Assembly: GCA_049975265.1 (NCBI GenBank)
Contig: JBNGDF010000009.1
Location: 10,295 to 74,294 of the forward strand
Length of the DNA stretch: 64,000 bases
Source of the DNA: Fidelibacterota bacterium
GTDB taxonomy: Bacteria; Fidelibacterota; UBA2242
Direction: 5' to 3'
Shown: piece by piece, positions 20,330 to 30,408 of the stretch
How the letters are laid out: every line of letters begins with the position of its first letter
Position numbering within the stretch: the stretch's first letter is position 1
Position numbers and translations under genes: made by a program
The notes under the pieces: generated by a model
The model's input: only the letters and a program-made list of their open reading frames with translations
Told to the model about the DNA's origin: nothing
The model's database searches: none

Positions 20330-22483
20330 TTGATGATTCGAAAGTATTTTATATCAATTCTTTTATTGCCGTGTGTCTGTCTGGCACAATGGGAGTGGCA
20401 GCATCCGCAACCCCAGGGCAACACCCTCTGGTCACTGGAATTTACTGAATCCGGCATCGGCTTTGCTGTTGGTGATCACGGTACCCTTATCAGTACAATA
20501 GACAGCGGCGCAACCTGGTTAGTCCGGGAAAGCGGTACCGAAAATGATCTGCTTTCTGTTTATTTTTTGAATACGAATAAAGGCTGGATATTCGGAGCAG
20601 ATGGTACGATCCTGAGAACATTGGATGGAGGAAAGAGTTGGATTTTTCAGCCTGGACCCGATATCCATATCTTTGACGGACTTTTTGTTAATCCCGAGAC
20701 CGGCTGGATTTGCGGCGGGAAGGATTACCACGCCGCCATATACCGGACAAATGACGGGGGACAAACCTGGGAGGAACAAATCCGATATCAATCACCCAGT
20801 CCGCTGCGATCTATCTGCTCTGCTGAGAACGGGAAAATTTTTTCATCGGGTCTGCGGCAAATTCTGAAGACAAGTGACGGTGGTGACAACTGGCTTCAGT
20901 ATCCCACGGAATCTGATTGGGATTGTCGCTCAATCTGCTTTACCGATTCGCTGACCGGCTGGATTGCCGGCTTTGAGACGTGGGGCACCTTAATTCTCAA
21001 TACCAGTGACGGCGGAGAAACCTGGACTGAGCGGATCACGGGACAGACCGGCATTCTCAACCGTAGTTTAAATGATATCTGTTTCGTGAATAAACAATTC
21101 GGCTGGGCTTGCGGAACCTATGGTCATATTTTATACACCCGGGATGGTGGCGACAATTGGAATACCTACTCACAGGAATTCGAGCCGGAGCTGATCGCTG
21201 TCCATTTCAACAATCCCGAGACCGGCTGGGCGATCGGCTCTGCCGGAGTCATTCTAAAAACGGAAAATGGCGGGAGTGATTGGGAATGTGGCGGCAGTCC
21301 ACCCTGCGGAGACCTCTTTGATGTTTTTTTCCTCAATTCTGAGATCGGATTCGCAACCGGTGCCCGCTATAACTCGTCCACTGCCGTCATATTGAAAACT
21401 GAAAATGCCGGAAAAAACTGGAGCATCTGCCATCTTCCCGTAATCGATTTTATGCATGCGATTCATTTCTCTGATGATAGTACCGGCTGGGTGGTCGGCG
21501 CCGGCAACTCCGTTTTAAAATCTGTCAATTACGGAAAAGACTGGTTCCGCCACGATATCGGTCTGACGTTGAGTGACTGCGGGGCATTTTACGATGTCTT
21601 TTTTATCAATCCGGACACGGGCATAATTGTCGGTGAAAACGGGGCTATTATCCGGACCGGCGATGGTGGTGCCAGTTGGCAACGCAGAAGCAGCGGAACA
21701 GGCGAGCGGTTAGCGGCAATCTGCTTTACGGATTCAGAGACAGGCTGGATCGGCGGTAACAGGGGTGTTATCCTGAAAACCACCGATGCCGGATTGAGCT
21801 GGCAGAGGATCAGCTGTCAAGTCGATGTTTATCTGAATTCCATCTGCTTCATTCATCCTGATACCGGTTGGATTGCCGGAAGCAATTGTGTTCTGCGAAC
21901 AACTGACGGTGGAATAGGGTGGGAGGTAGCCACGATTCCCCTGAATTGTTCGCTTATGAGTGTCTGCTTCACCAATTCTCAGTTCGGCAGGGTGGTGGGC
22001 TTTGAGAGCCGGGATTTCTGGCTTTTTGGCTATGCCGCTTATTCCGATGATGGGGGAATCAGCTGGAGCCGGGAGCGGCTTCCGACATCGAACATTTTGA
22101 ATGAAATTGTGTTTACCGACGACCATAACGGGTGGGTTTGCGGTATGACCGGTACTATCTTGTCCACCCGGAATAACGGCGGAATCTCATCTTTTGGGGC
22201 GGAGCCGGTGGCGACACCGTTTTATTTTTCAATTGATGCCGTCTACCCGAATCCCTGCAACTCATCAGCCACGATTCGTTATGAAATTCCAGCTTGTCAA
22301 TGGCTAAAAATGTCCCTGTTTGATATTCGGGGTCATAAAATCATCGATTTGGTCAATGAGGTCAAATCGGCTGGGGTTTATGAGACTGTCTGGAATGCCG
22401 AGAACTGTTCCAGTGGAATCTATTTTATCAATCTGATTGTCGGTCATTCTGCAGCAAGGAAGAAAATCCTACTGATTAAGTAA
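20330..22483 (+). CDS. Secreted YCF48/BNR-repeat beta-propeller protein with FlgD-Ig/Por-type C-terminal domain
   Basis: Signal peptide; many T-x-D-G-G-x-x-W Asp-box repeats; C-terminal YPNPCN...SSGIYF. Confidence 0.9.
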   Translation: MMIRKYFISILLLPCVCLAQWEWQHPQPQGNTLWSLEFTESGIGFAVGDHGTLISTIDSGATWLVRESGTENDLLSVYFLNTNKGWIFGADGTILRTLDGGKSWIFQPGPDIHIFDGLFVNPETGWICGGKDYHAAIYRTNDGGQTWEEQIRYQSPSPLRSICSAENGKIFSSGLRQILKTSDGGDNWLQYPTESDWDCRSICFTDSLTGWIAGFETWGTLILNTSDGGETWTERITGQTGILNRSLNDICFVNKQFGWACGTYGHILYTRDGGDNWNTYSQEFEPELIAVHFNNPETGWAIGSAGVILKTENGGSDWECGGSPPCGDLFDVFFLNSEIGFATGARYNSSTAVILKTENAGKNWSICHLPVIDFMHAIHFSDDSTGWVVGAGNSVLKSVNYGKDWFRHDIGLTLSDCGAFYDVFFINPDTGIIVGENGAIIRTGDGGASWQRRSSGTGERLAAICFTDSETGWIGGNRGVILKTTDAGLSWQRISCQVDVYLNSICFIHPDTGWIAGSNCVLRTTDGGIGWEVATIPLNCSLMSVCFTNSQFGRVVGFESRDFWLFGYAAYSDDGGISWSRERLPTSNILNEIVFTDDHNGWVCGMTGTILSTRNNGGISSFGAEPVATPFYFSIDAVYPNPCNSSATIRYEIPACQWLKMSLFDIRGHKIIDLVNEVKSAGVYETVWNAENCSSGIYFINLIVGHSAARKKILLIK

Positions 22484-23329
22484 TCCGTTGTGATTTGAAC
22501 GTTTCAGATTTTGATAATAACGCCGGTACAGTAGATTTTTATCAGGGATATCGTTTTCCCGGAAACGCTGATATTTGTCATCGAACAGATTTTGGGCGTG
22601 TAAAACCTGCAGTTGCGGGTAGTAAGCTGTAAGTAATTTGCCCCGTGCCCGGGTGAAAAAATCGGCGTGATCCAGGCGTTTCAGCTGCTCGTCCCAACCG
22701 ATTTGACAAATACTTACTGTCCGCCCAATATAGAAATTGGCGACCTTTTCCATAACTTCCGCAGCGCCGATCCGGCTTCCGGGTGTCCTGAGCGGTTCGG
22801 CATGGGTGGGAAAGAGTTCTGCCTCGCGATAGTCGGTACTGGTGTAAAAGGGCAGGTTGATTACTTTTCCGCCGAGAATGTCAACCTCCGGGTAGCGCTC
22901 CATTAGCTCCAGTGCCGGCGCCAGAACAGTATTCCGGAAAAAGACAAAATCGTCATCCAGCATGAGAACATATTTCGTTCTAACGACTTTGAGAGCGGCA
23001 TTTCGTCCGGCGGACACCCCCGAATCGAAGGTCAGAATGACAGTTTCTATACCGGGGATCGTGGCAGGTTTGCGGCTGTCATCAGCCACAACGATTTTCA
23101 ACTGCGGGTAGAAACGGCGAATACTGCGGATTAACCGCTTTAGAATCAGCGGACGTTCAAAGGTTTTGATGACTGCCGTGACATCATCCAGTGAATCCGT
23201 TGAACTGGACTTTCCAAAGTCGGTCAGGCGGTGCCAGGCAAGTTCTGCGGCGATTGTCAGATTGTATGCGATGCGTCCCAGAAAGCGAAGTCTGCCGTAA
23301 TAGAACCAGCGAGAAAGAGGTTTCGCCAT
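22469..23329 (-). CDS. GT-A fold glycosyltransferase resembling beta-1,4-N-acetylgalactosaminyltransferases
   Basis: KTFER, SIRRFYP, VADDS, SAGRN, TKYVLMLDDDFVF; ATG at 23329 just downstream of the glnS stop. Confidence 0.85.
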   Translation of the reverse strand: MAKPLSRWFYYGRLRFLGRIAYNLTIAAELAWHRLTDFGKSSSTDSLDDVTAVIKTFERPLILKRLIRSIRRFYPQLKIVVADDSRKPATIPGIETVILTFDSGVSAGRNAALKVVRTKYVLMLDDDFVFFRNTVLAPALELMERYPEVDILGGKVINLPFYTSTDYREAELFPTHAEPLRTPGSRIGAAEVMEKVANFYIGRTVSICQIGWDEQLKRLDHADFFTRARGKLLTAYYPQLQVLHAQNLFDDKYQRFRENDIPDKNLLYRRYYQNLKRSNHNGLLNQ

Positions 23330-23342
23330 TACACCCGGATTA

Positions 23343-25049
23343 TCATTTCTGCTGTTTCTGAGCAATTTTTGCCCAGGTATCCCGCAATGTGACCGTGCGA
23401 TTCAGCACCGGTTTTGTGGGAGTCGTATCGGGATCAACACAAAAATAGCCCAGCCGTTCAAACTGAAAGCGAAAACCGGGGAGAGCATGCTCGGTGAGAG
23501 TCGGTTCGGTGTAGCATCTCTTCAGGATTTTCAATGATTCCCGATTCAGCTGTTCCAGAAAATGTTCACCGCCGGGATTTTCCACATTAAAAAGGCGATC
23601 GTACAGGCGTACTTCGGCGGTACGGGCATGCCGGGCGGAGACCCAGTGCAGCGTACCTTTGACTTTTCTGCCGTCGGGAGAATCGCCACCGCGGGTTGCC
23701 GGATCATAGGTGCAATGGACCTCTGTGATGTTGCCGGCGCTATTTTTAACAACCCCTGTGCAGGTGATGAAATAGGCATAACGCAGGCGTACCTCGCGAC
23801 CGGGCGCCAGCCGGAAATATTTTTTCGGCGGGTTCTCCGTAAAATCGTCCGCTTCAATGTATAATTCTTTCGAAAACGGCACCTGGCGGGTACCGGCGTC
23901 CGCATCCTCGGGATTGTTGATGGCGTTCAGATACTCTTCCTTGTCATCCGGGTAATTGTCAATGACTATTTTCAGCGGTTTGAGTACCCCCATGAAGCGG
24001 GGTGCGATTTTGTTCAGATGCTCCCGGACGCTGAATTCCAGCAGGGCGACGTCCACCGTGCTATCACGCTTGGCAACACCGATCCGTTCGGCGAAATTCT
24101 GGATGGCTTTAGGTGTATAGCCGCGTCGGCGCATGCCGGAAATGGTAGGCATGCGGGGATCGTCCCAGCCGTTGACATATCCCTTTTTGACCAGCTCCAG
24201 TAAGCGCCGTTTGCTCATAACGGTATAGGTCAGATTGAGGCGGGCAAATTCAATTTGCTGGGGACGGTAGGCGTCTAATTCGATCAAAAACCAGTCGTAT
24301 AAGGGACGATGGTCTTCGAATTCCAGAGTACAGAGCGAATGGGTTATTCCTTCGATGGAATCTTCCAGACCGTGAGCCCAGTCGTACATGGGATAGATGC
24401 ACCATTTGTTGCCGGTGCGGTGGTGAGGCGCATGCAGGATGCGGTACATGACGGGATCGCGCATGTTCAGATTGGGCGACGCCATGTCAATCTTCGCCCG
24501 CAGGGTTCGGGAACCGTCGGGAAATTCGCCGGCTTTCATCCGTTCAAGCAGGTCAAGATTTTCCGCAATACTGCGATTGCGATAGGGACTTTCCTGCCCC
24601 GGCTCCGTCAATGTTCCGCGGTTGGCTTTGATTTCCTCGGCGGTTAAATCACAGACATAGGCTTTGCCCTTTTTGGTCAGTTGAACGGCATATTCGTACA
24701 TTTGGTCAAAATAGTCCGATCCGTAGAAGAGACGATCCTCGAAATCGGCACCGAGCCATTTGACATCTTCGATGATGGATTGAACATATTCCTCTTCTTC
24801 CTTGATCGGATTGGTGTCGTCGAAGCGTAGATTGAATTTTCCGTTGTATTTCACTGCGGTGCCGTAATTAAGCAGAATCGCTTTGGCGTGACCAATATGC
24901 AGATAACCGTTGGGTTCCGGGGGAAAACGGGTGTGAACCCGACCTCCGAATTTGCCGGTCCGGTTATCCTCTTCGATGATCTGATGGATAAAATTCAGCG
25001 GTGGTTTTTCCGGGCTGTTTTCCCTGGCTGCGTCTGATTCAGAATGCAT
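23343..25049 (-). CDS. glnS: Glutamine--tRNA ligase
   Basis: [38 protein letters not shown] 25049 after AAGGGA. Confidence 0.97.
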   Translation of the reverse strand: MHSESDAARENSPEKPPLNFIHQIIEEDNRTGKFGGRVHTRFPPEPNGYLHIGHAKAILLNYGTAVKYNGKFNLRFDDTNPIKEEEEYVQSIIEDVKWLGADFEDRLFYGSDYFDQMYEYAVQLTKKGKAYVCDLTAEEIKANRGTLTEPGQESPYRNRSIAENLDLLERMKAGEFPDGSRTLRAKIDMASPNLNMRDPVMYRILHAPHHRTGNKWCIYPMYDWAHGLEDSIEGITHSLCTLEFEDHRPLYDWFLIELDAYRPQQIEFARLNLTYTVMSKRRLLELVKKGYVNGWDDPRMPTISGMRRRGYTPKAIQNFAERIGVAKRDSTVDVALLEFSVREHLNKIAPRFMGVLKPLKIVIDNYPDDKEEYLNAINNPEDADAGTRQVPFSKELYIEADDFTENPPKKYFRLAPGREVRLRYAYFITCTGVVKNSAGNITEVHCTYDPATRGGDSPDGRKVKGTLHWVSARHARTAEVRLYDRLFNVENPGGEHFLEQLNRESLKILKRCYTEPTLTEHALPGFRFQFERLGYFCVDPDTTPTKPVLNRTVTLRDTWAKIAQKQQK

Positions 25050-25302
25050 GCAGTTCCCTTTCATCAATATCGAAGTCGAATTTAACAAATTTCATGAAAA
25101 TATAAATCAGAAACCGGCGGTTTGGTTTCAATATTTTTAAATTATCCGCTACCAGCAACCGCTTTTTGACTCTGATAAAGTGGAAAATGCTTGATTTCGA
25201 GGGAAAATATTATGAACTTAAACAGTTATGAATTAATATCGGATTATGGCAAGGGATAAATAGTATATCAGACAATTCTTGAAACAACAGGCAGGCTCCG
25301 AA

Positions 25303-26547
25303 ATGCATCGGTTGAAGCAACACTGGCGATATTGGTTCCTCCTTTTAATAATCGGGCAAGGCATCATTCGCGCCGATGTAAACCTCTGGGTCTTGTCATT
25401 TGATAACCTCTATTCAGATTCTGAAATCCAATGGTTGAAAGAGGGCTTCGTCGATTTTATTCTGGATCACTACGTTGACAATCCCTACGTTGCGGCGTAC
25501 CGCTCCGCTGAATTGGATGAAACCCTTGCAACGATAAAAACCGAAAAATACCGGCAATCCCGGAATCTGCTGCTCACCGGCACCTACCAACGCAGCAGGG
25601 CAGAGTTTATCGTTGATCTGCAATTGACCGATCTGGAGACATGGAAAACTGTGTCAGAGACGCAGGTCCGTGAAACGTCACCGGATCTGGAAAAACTTAT
25701 CCTGGCGGTGAACAAAACACTTGATCAGCTGATCGATCCGCAAATTGAAAAAAAACTCAGTGAAAGTACCACCACGCCTGTTCCCCAGACTCAGACACCC
25801 GATATCCGGCAGGAACGCGAACTGCAGAGCAGCCGCGAAATGACCGTCGCTACCCGTAATATCGGTGAGGCTCTGGAGCGGCTGTTGACCGAGTACAGGG
25901 ATCATACGTCAATGCAAATTGAGTCACCCGAACCCTTTCAGCAGAGCCGGTTTCAGGAGGATGCTTTTACCGGTCGGGTCAAAGAGTATATTCGCGAAAG
26001 TCACAGTTTTGAAGAGGTCATCAATTATGTCCTGAGCGATCCCTACCTGATCAATATCGGCGAGCCTTCCATTCAGCGTCTGCCCGGTAACAGCAGCAGT
26101 GTATCGCTCTCGTTTCGCATTGATTATCAGATTAAACTGAAAATACTAAGAGACATGCTTGAGACTCTGGTCATTCGTTCAAAAAAGGAGGGGGATTCGT
26201 TCCTTGAATACTCTTTTTCGGGCAATGACTACGTTTTCACAGCAGATTTAATCAGAAAAGTAGCGCATGGTGAGTATCGCTATTTTCCGGTGATTGCCCT
26301 GGTGGATGAGAATGGTATGACGCTGGCGCGAATCATTGACGCTCCGTCAAACTCCGGTCGCCTCAAACACTTCAATCCCATGTTCAATATCATCACAGGT
26401 CCCTGGACGATGACCATTTATCTGAATAAAGAGATTCAGGAGATCGACTACCAACTGGTTTTGCCGATCAGTACCGTCGCGAAAATTGCCCAGGTGACCA
26501 TCGATATGGTGACCGAAGACGAAATCGCATATTTGAAATCCCAATAA
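25303..26547 (+). CDS. Exported hypothetical protein with N-terminal CsgG/FlgO/TolB-N-like domain
   Basis: Signal peptide; VLSFDNL...WLKEG...LLLTGTYQ...VDLQLTDLET pattern; start uncertain (25279 or 25303). Confidence 0.6.
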   Translation: MHRLKQHWRYWFLLLIIGQGIIRADVNLWVLSFDNLYSDSEIQWLKEGFVDFILDHYVDNPYVAAYRSAELDETLATIKTEKYRQSRNLLLTGTYQRSRAEFIVDLQLTDLETWKTVSETQVRETSPDLEKLILAVNKTLDQLIDPQIEKKLSESTTTPVPQTQTPDIRQERELQSSREMTVATRNIGEALERLLTEYRDHTSMQIESPEPFQQSRFQEDAFTGRVKEYIRESHSFEEVINYVLSDPYLINIGEPSIQRLPGNSSSVSLSFRIDYQIKLKILRDMLETLVIRSKKEGDSFLEYSFSGNDYVFTADLIRKVAHGEYRYFPVIALVDENGMTLARIIDAPSNSGRLKHFNPMFNIITGPWTMTIYLNKEIQEIDYQLVLPISTVAKIAQVTIDMVTEDEIAYLKSQ

Positions 26548-26567
26548 ATCTGAAAGAATTATTTACG

Positions 26568-26939
26568 TTGGAAAAGAACAAAATTCTGATAGTGGATGAC
26601 GAACCCAATGTCTGTCAATTTTTATCCGAGTACTTGGAATACCGCGGTTTCGGGACCCGAATCAGCAACTCCGGCAACGAAGCGCTGCAGTGTCTGCAAA
26701 AGGAGAATTTTGATGCGATGCTGCTGGACCTGATCATGCCGGGCATGAATGGCTTGGAAGTTCTCGAAAAGATCCGCCAGATGAACATCACAATTCCGGT
26801 TATCATTGTAACCGGTGTAAAGGATAAAGATGTCGCTGATGAGGCGATTAAACTTGGGGCGGTGGATTTTATTCCGAAACCGATCGACCTTGATCGCCTT
26901 GAGCAGAGCCTGATCGTGAACATAAAAAACCTGCACTAA
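26568..26939 (+). CDS. Stand-alone response regulator receiver
   Basis: ILIVDDE, LLDLIMPGMNG, IIVTG, FIPKP; TTG start. Confidence 0.95.
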   Translation: MEKNKILIVDDEPNVCQFLSEYLEYRGFGTRISNSGNEALQCLQKENFDAMLLDLIMPGMNGLEVLEKIRQMNITIPVIIVTGVKDKDVADEAIKLGAVDFIPKPIDLDRLEQSLIVNIKNLH

Positions 26940-26942
26940 TAT

Positions 26943-28205
26943 TTGAGGAACGCTATTTTGGAAAACGTAAAGTGGTTGATTCCCGGGCAGAAAATATCAA
27001 AAGAGACGGTGAAATTCATCGAAGAGATCGGTAGTATCATCGGTCAATCCCAAGGAGTAAATGTCGTTTATAAACGGTTGAACAATGACCGACCGGCGGT
27101 GGAGCAGATTTCGAAACGCAGCAACGTTATTTCTCTTGTCAGTAATTACGAAGCGATGTACCTGGAAACATTTTATGAGTTTCTGCCGCTTTTCAAACTG
27201 GCTCCCGGCGATATCAAAGGGTATGTGGTCGTTCATAAAAATTCCCGCGCTAAAAAATTGATCGATCTGCAGCGGCAAGCGCTGATAATGCTTAACAGTA
27301 CCGATACTATTTTTATCAATCCCGTAACTCTTTACCTGTTAAACAATACCAATGTAACCCATCTGGATCAGTCTCAGACGTTTGCTGCCAAACTGGAGCC
27401 GCTGCATCTCTATCAGATTATTGATAAAAAGGTGGATGTTGCCGTAGCGACCAGTTTTGAATACAATCTTATTCCCGAAAAAGAGCGGAAGAATCTGCGG
27501 ATTCTGGGCGAATTTCCGATTATGCCGGAATATGTGGTAGTCCTGGGCGCCGATTTAAAAGGGAAAAATATCGCGAAAATCAAACCGATGCTGGAGCGCT
27601 GGCGTTCCAAATATGGCGAGCGGTATAAGTCGCTGGGAATGGAGATCTTCGCCTATGAGGGTGCCGATCACTCGCTTCTGCTCGAAGCCATTGAAGGTTT
27701 GGGCTATACGCTGAACAAGTTTGTGGAAGAGTATAACGACCTCCTTATCCACAGCGTCTCCGTCAGCCCGAAGAAAGAGCTGCAGGAGATGGAAGAAAAG
27801 TATACCCGGTTGAAAACATTTAACGAGAAACTGGTGAAAATGTACCAGGATGTGCGCGACAGCCGTGACCGCCTGACGAAAGAGATTGAATCGGCGACCG
27901 ACAATACGATCCTGTTCCTGAAGGATGGTACAATTCTGGGGGCTTCACGGGCTTTTTGCACGCTGCTTAAATACGGGCGCCAGGATATTGTCGGACAGGA
28001 GATTACCCGCTTTGTTCAGCCGGATTTAAATACACCCTTTAGTAAACTGATTCAGCAAATCGATGTCGGACTGGTCCGTTCCTTTGCAATTAAATTGAAA
28101 AAATCCGACGGAAATGAATCTTCGGGCAAGATGGAGTTCAGCATTATCGAATTGATGGACTCAAAAGTGATATTGGGAATTTTATCCGACTCCGGGAAAA
28201 ATTAA
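26943..28205 (+). CDS. Solute-binding-protein-like domain + coiled coil + PAS domain protein
   Basis: KVDVAV...LRILGEFPIMP resembles phosphonate-binding PBP2 fold; C-terminal DGTILGASRAFCTLLKY...KKSDG PAS; no signal peptide seen. Confidence 0.6.
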   Translation: MRNAILENVKWLIPGQKISKETVKFIEEIGSIIGQSQGVNVVYKRLNNDRPAVEQISKRSNVISLVSNYEAMYLETFYEFLPLFKLAPGDIKGYVVVHKNSRAKKLIDLQRQALIMLNSTDTIFINPVTLYLLNNTNVTHLDQSQTFAAKLEPLHLYQIIDKKVDVAVATSFEYNLIPEKERKNLRILGEFPIMPEYVVVLGADLKGKNIAKIKPMLERWRSKYGERYKSLGMEIFAYEGADHSLLLEAIEGLGYTLNKFVEEYNDLLIHSVSVSPKKELQEMEEKYTRLKTFNEKLVKMYQDVRDSRDRLTKEIESATDNTILFLKDGTILGASRAFCTLLKYGRQDIVGQEITRFVQPDLNTPFSKLIQQIDVGLVRSFAIKLKKSDGNESSGKMEFSIIELMDSKVILGILSDSGKN

Positions 28206-28221
28206 CTACGCGAGGTGAAAT

Positions 28222-30405
28222 ATGATAAGGTTAACCAAGTTGGTTTTCATTATGTCTCTGGCAAGTATTGCTGCCTGGGGACAGAACTATTTTGCAACGG
28301 TTTTGAAATCGAGCGGCGCCGTATTTGTTCGTCCCAGCGGCGAAGCAGAGTATAACGTCACTGCCGAAACCGGCATGGGGTTGCATGCCGGCGATGCCAT
28401 CATGACCGGTGAAGACGGGTTTGTTGCGGTCATTTTCACGAAAGACAGGAGTCTGGTAAAAATCCGCAAAGATTCTGAAGTCACGATCCGGGAGGAATTC
28501 TCGGTCAGAACGGTAAAAATCAGTCAGGGACGGCTGCTTGCCAGCGTGACTCCCGGTGTGAAAGGCGCTTTCCGGGTGGAAACACCCACCTCTGTAGCCT
28601 CGGTTAAAGGTACCCAATTCTGGACGGTTACGAACAGCCAGTATGGCGATCGCTTCTACGGCGTCGAGGGAAATGTGAATGTGATGAATCTGATCACCGG
28701 TGTCGAGACCAATCTGGCGCCCGGTCAGATGATCATCTCAACACCGCAGGGGCAGCTGGTCAATATGCCTGTAGATGAATCGGAAATTCCTCAGGACATT
28801 GATCCGGATGAAGTTCAGCCGGCACCCGAACCGGAGCCGGAACTTCCGCCGGAAGAGGAGCAGGTGTATCAGCCGCAACCGCAAACCACCCAGCCGGGCG
28901 CTGCAGAAACGGCGGCTGCTCCTTCAGAAATGCTGGCTGAAGAGGCTGCCGAACCGCTGGAGAAGAGCGGCGGGGGTAAGCCTTTCGGGATGGGACTCGG
29001 TCTTGGCTCTGTGACCATTGACAATAAAATCTACAATCAGATTGCCCTGCGCCCGGAATTCAGATTCGGTAAACTGGCAATTGCCCTGGATGTCGCCATT
29101 TACATGGATGAACAGGGCAAAATCCGGGAAGAAGAATGGAACGAATTATCGGATTATATCGACAAATTTTACTACATCCGGTGGGCTCAGCCGGGCGATC
29201 CGTTCTTCGCAAAATTGGGTGCCATGGATAATGTCACCATGGGATACGGAATTCTCATGAACGGCTATTCCAACACCACCGAATATCCGCAGGTTCGAAA
29301 AGTCGGGATCCATACCGGAATGCAGATGGAGAAACTGGGCTGGGAAGCCTTTATCGCCAACGCCAAAGAGATTACCGGACCGGGTCTGCTGGCGACGCGT
29401 GTCAACTACAAACCGTTAAAAAAATTGCCTCTGAGGGTTGGAGGTACCGTCGTAGCCGACCTCTATCCTTACAAGGGTTTGCCGGATTCTGATGAAGACG
29501 AAGTCGCCGATGCTCTGGACCTCTATCCCGACAAAGACGATAACGATGTGATTGATGATTTAAGAAGTAATTTCAGTGCCGCGCAGCGGGAATTCCTCAG
29601 GTCTATCGGGTACGATATGCCCAGTGAATCGATTATTGACAAAGGCATCACCAAACTGTCCGATTATGATCGCATCATGAACGGAGCCCTGGCGGTAGAT
29701 GTCGGTATGCCGGTACTGAATATGAAGTTCCTGAAGCTGGACGTATACGGACAGGCTGCCTCCTTTATACCAAAAGAGGATTCCGCCTATGTTTGGAATC
29801 CTCTCAGCAAAGAATACGAAGGCGAGGCATTCACGCCCGGTTTTGGGTTTGCTGTTCCGGGTGTCCGCGCTAATCTGTTCCGAATCGCCAATCTGACGTT
29901 GGAATACCGCTATGCCGGGAAGAATTTCCTCTTCGGATTCTGGGACCGGGCGTACGATTATGAGCGCGTTCAGATTCGCAATAATGAAATTTATACCAAA
30001 CAGCAAATGAAGCTGAGGCAGGATCCCATGCAGGGTATCTTCGGTGCTTTTGATGTGAATATCCTGAACTATATCGTTCTCGGCAGCTACTACCAGCATA
30101 TGTTTACTTCCGGCAATGAAATCAAGAGCTTCATGGCGACGGCATCGATTCCCAAAGGTAAAATTCCAAAGCTGGCGGACGCCACCGCATTTTACCAACG
30201 CAATAATGACATGGATCCGTTTGATTTTAATAATCCGTCGGAAAATACCATCCTCGGTTACAAGGTCGGTTTCGAACTGGGTGGCGGTGCGGTGATCTAC
30301 TATGTTTTTCAGAAAACCTATCGCGACTTCGACGGCAGTGGTGTCATTGATCCCAAGACCGAATCGGTGTCGATCACGACCATCGAAACCGGATTCAGTT
30401 TCTAG
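28222..30405 (+). CDS. FecR-domain protein with Pro/Glu linker and probable C-terminal outer-membrane beta-barrel
   Basis: Signal peptide; GDAIMTG...FRVETPTSVASVKGTQF FecR motif; strand-like C-terminal part ending GFSF. Confidence 0.75.
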   Translation: MIRLTKLVFIMSLASIAAWGQNYFATVLKSSGAVFVRPSGEAEYNVTAETGMGLHAGDAIMTGEDGFVAVIFTKDRSLVKIRKDSEVTIREEFSVRTVKISQGRLLASVTPGVKGAFRVETPTSVASVKGTQFWTVTNSQYGDRFYGVEGNVNVMNLITGVETNLAPGQMIISTPQGQLVNMPVDESEIPQDIDPDEVQPAPEPEPELPPEEEQVYQPQPQTTQPGAAETAAAPSEMLAEEAAEPLEKSGGGKPFGMGLGLGSVTIDNKIYNQIALRPEFRFGKLAIALDVAIYMDEQGKIREEEWNELSDYIDKFYYIRWAQPGDPFFAKLGAMDNVTMGYGILMNGYSNTTEYPQVRKVGIHTGMQMEKLGWEAFIANAKEITGPGLLATRVNYKPLKKLPLRVGGTVVADLYPYKGLPDSDEDEVADALDLYPDKDDNDVIDDLRSNFSAAQREFLRSIGYDMPSESIIDKGITKLSDYDRIMNGALAVDVGMPVLNMKFLKLDVYGQAASFIPKEDSAYVWNPLSKEYEGEAFTPGFGFAVPGVRANLFRIANLTLEYRYAGKNFLFGFWDRAYDYERVQIRNNEIYTKQQMKLRQDPMQGIFGAFDVNILNYIVLGSYYQHMFTSGNEIKSFMATASIPKGKIPKLADATAFYQRNNDMDPFDFNNPSENTILGYKVGFELGGGAVIYYVFQKTYRDFDGSGVIDPKTESVSITTIETGFSF

Positions 30406-30408
30406 AAT

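Noticed and set aside
29560..30198. 212-aa antisense ORF
   Set aside because: Shadow of the FecR-barrel gene.
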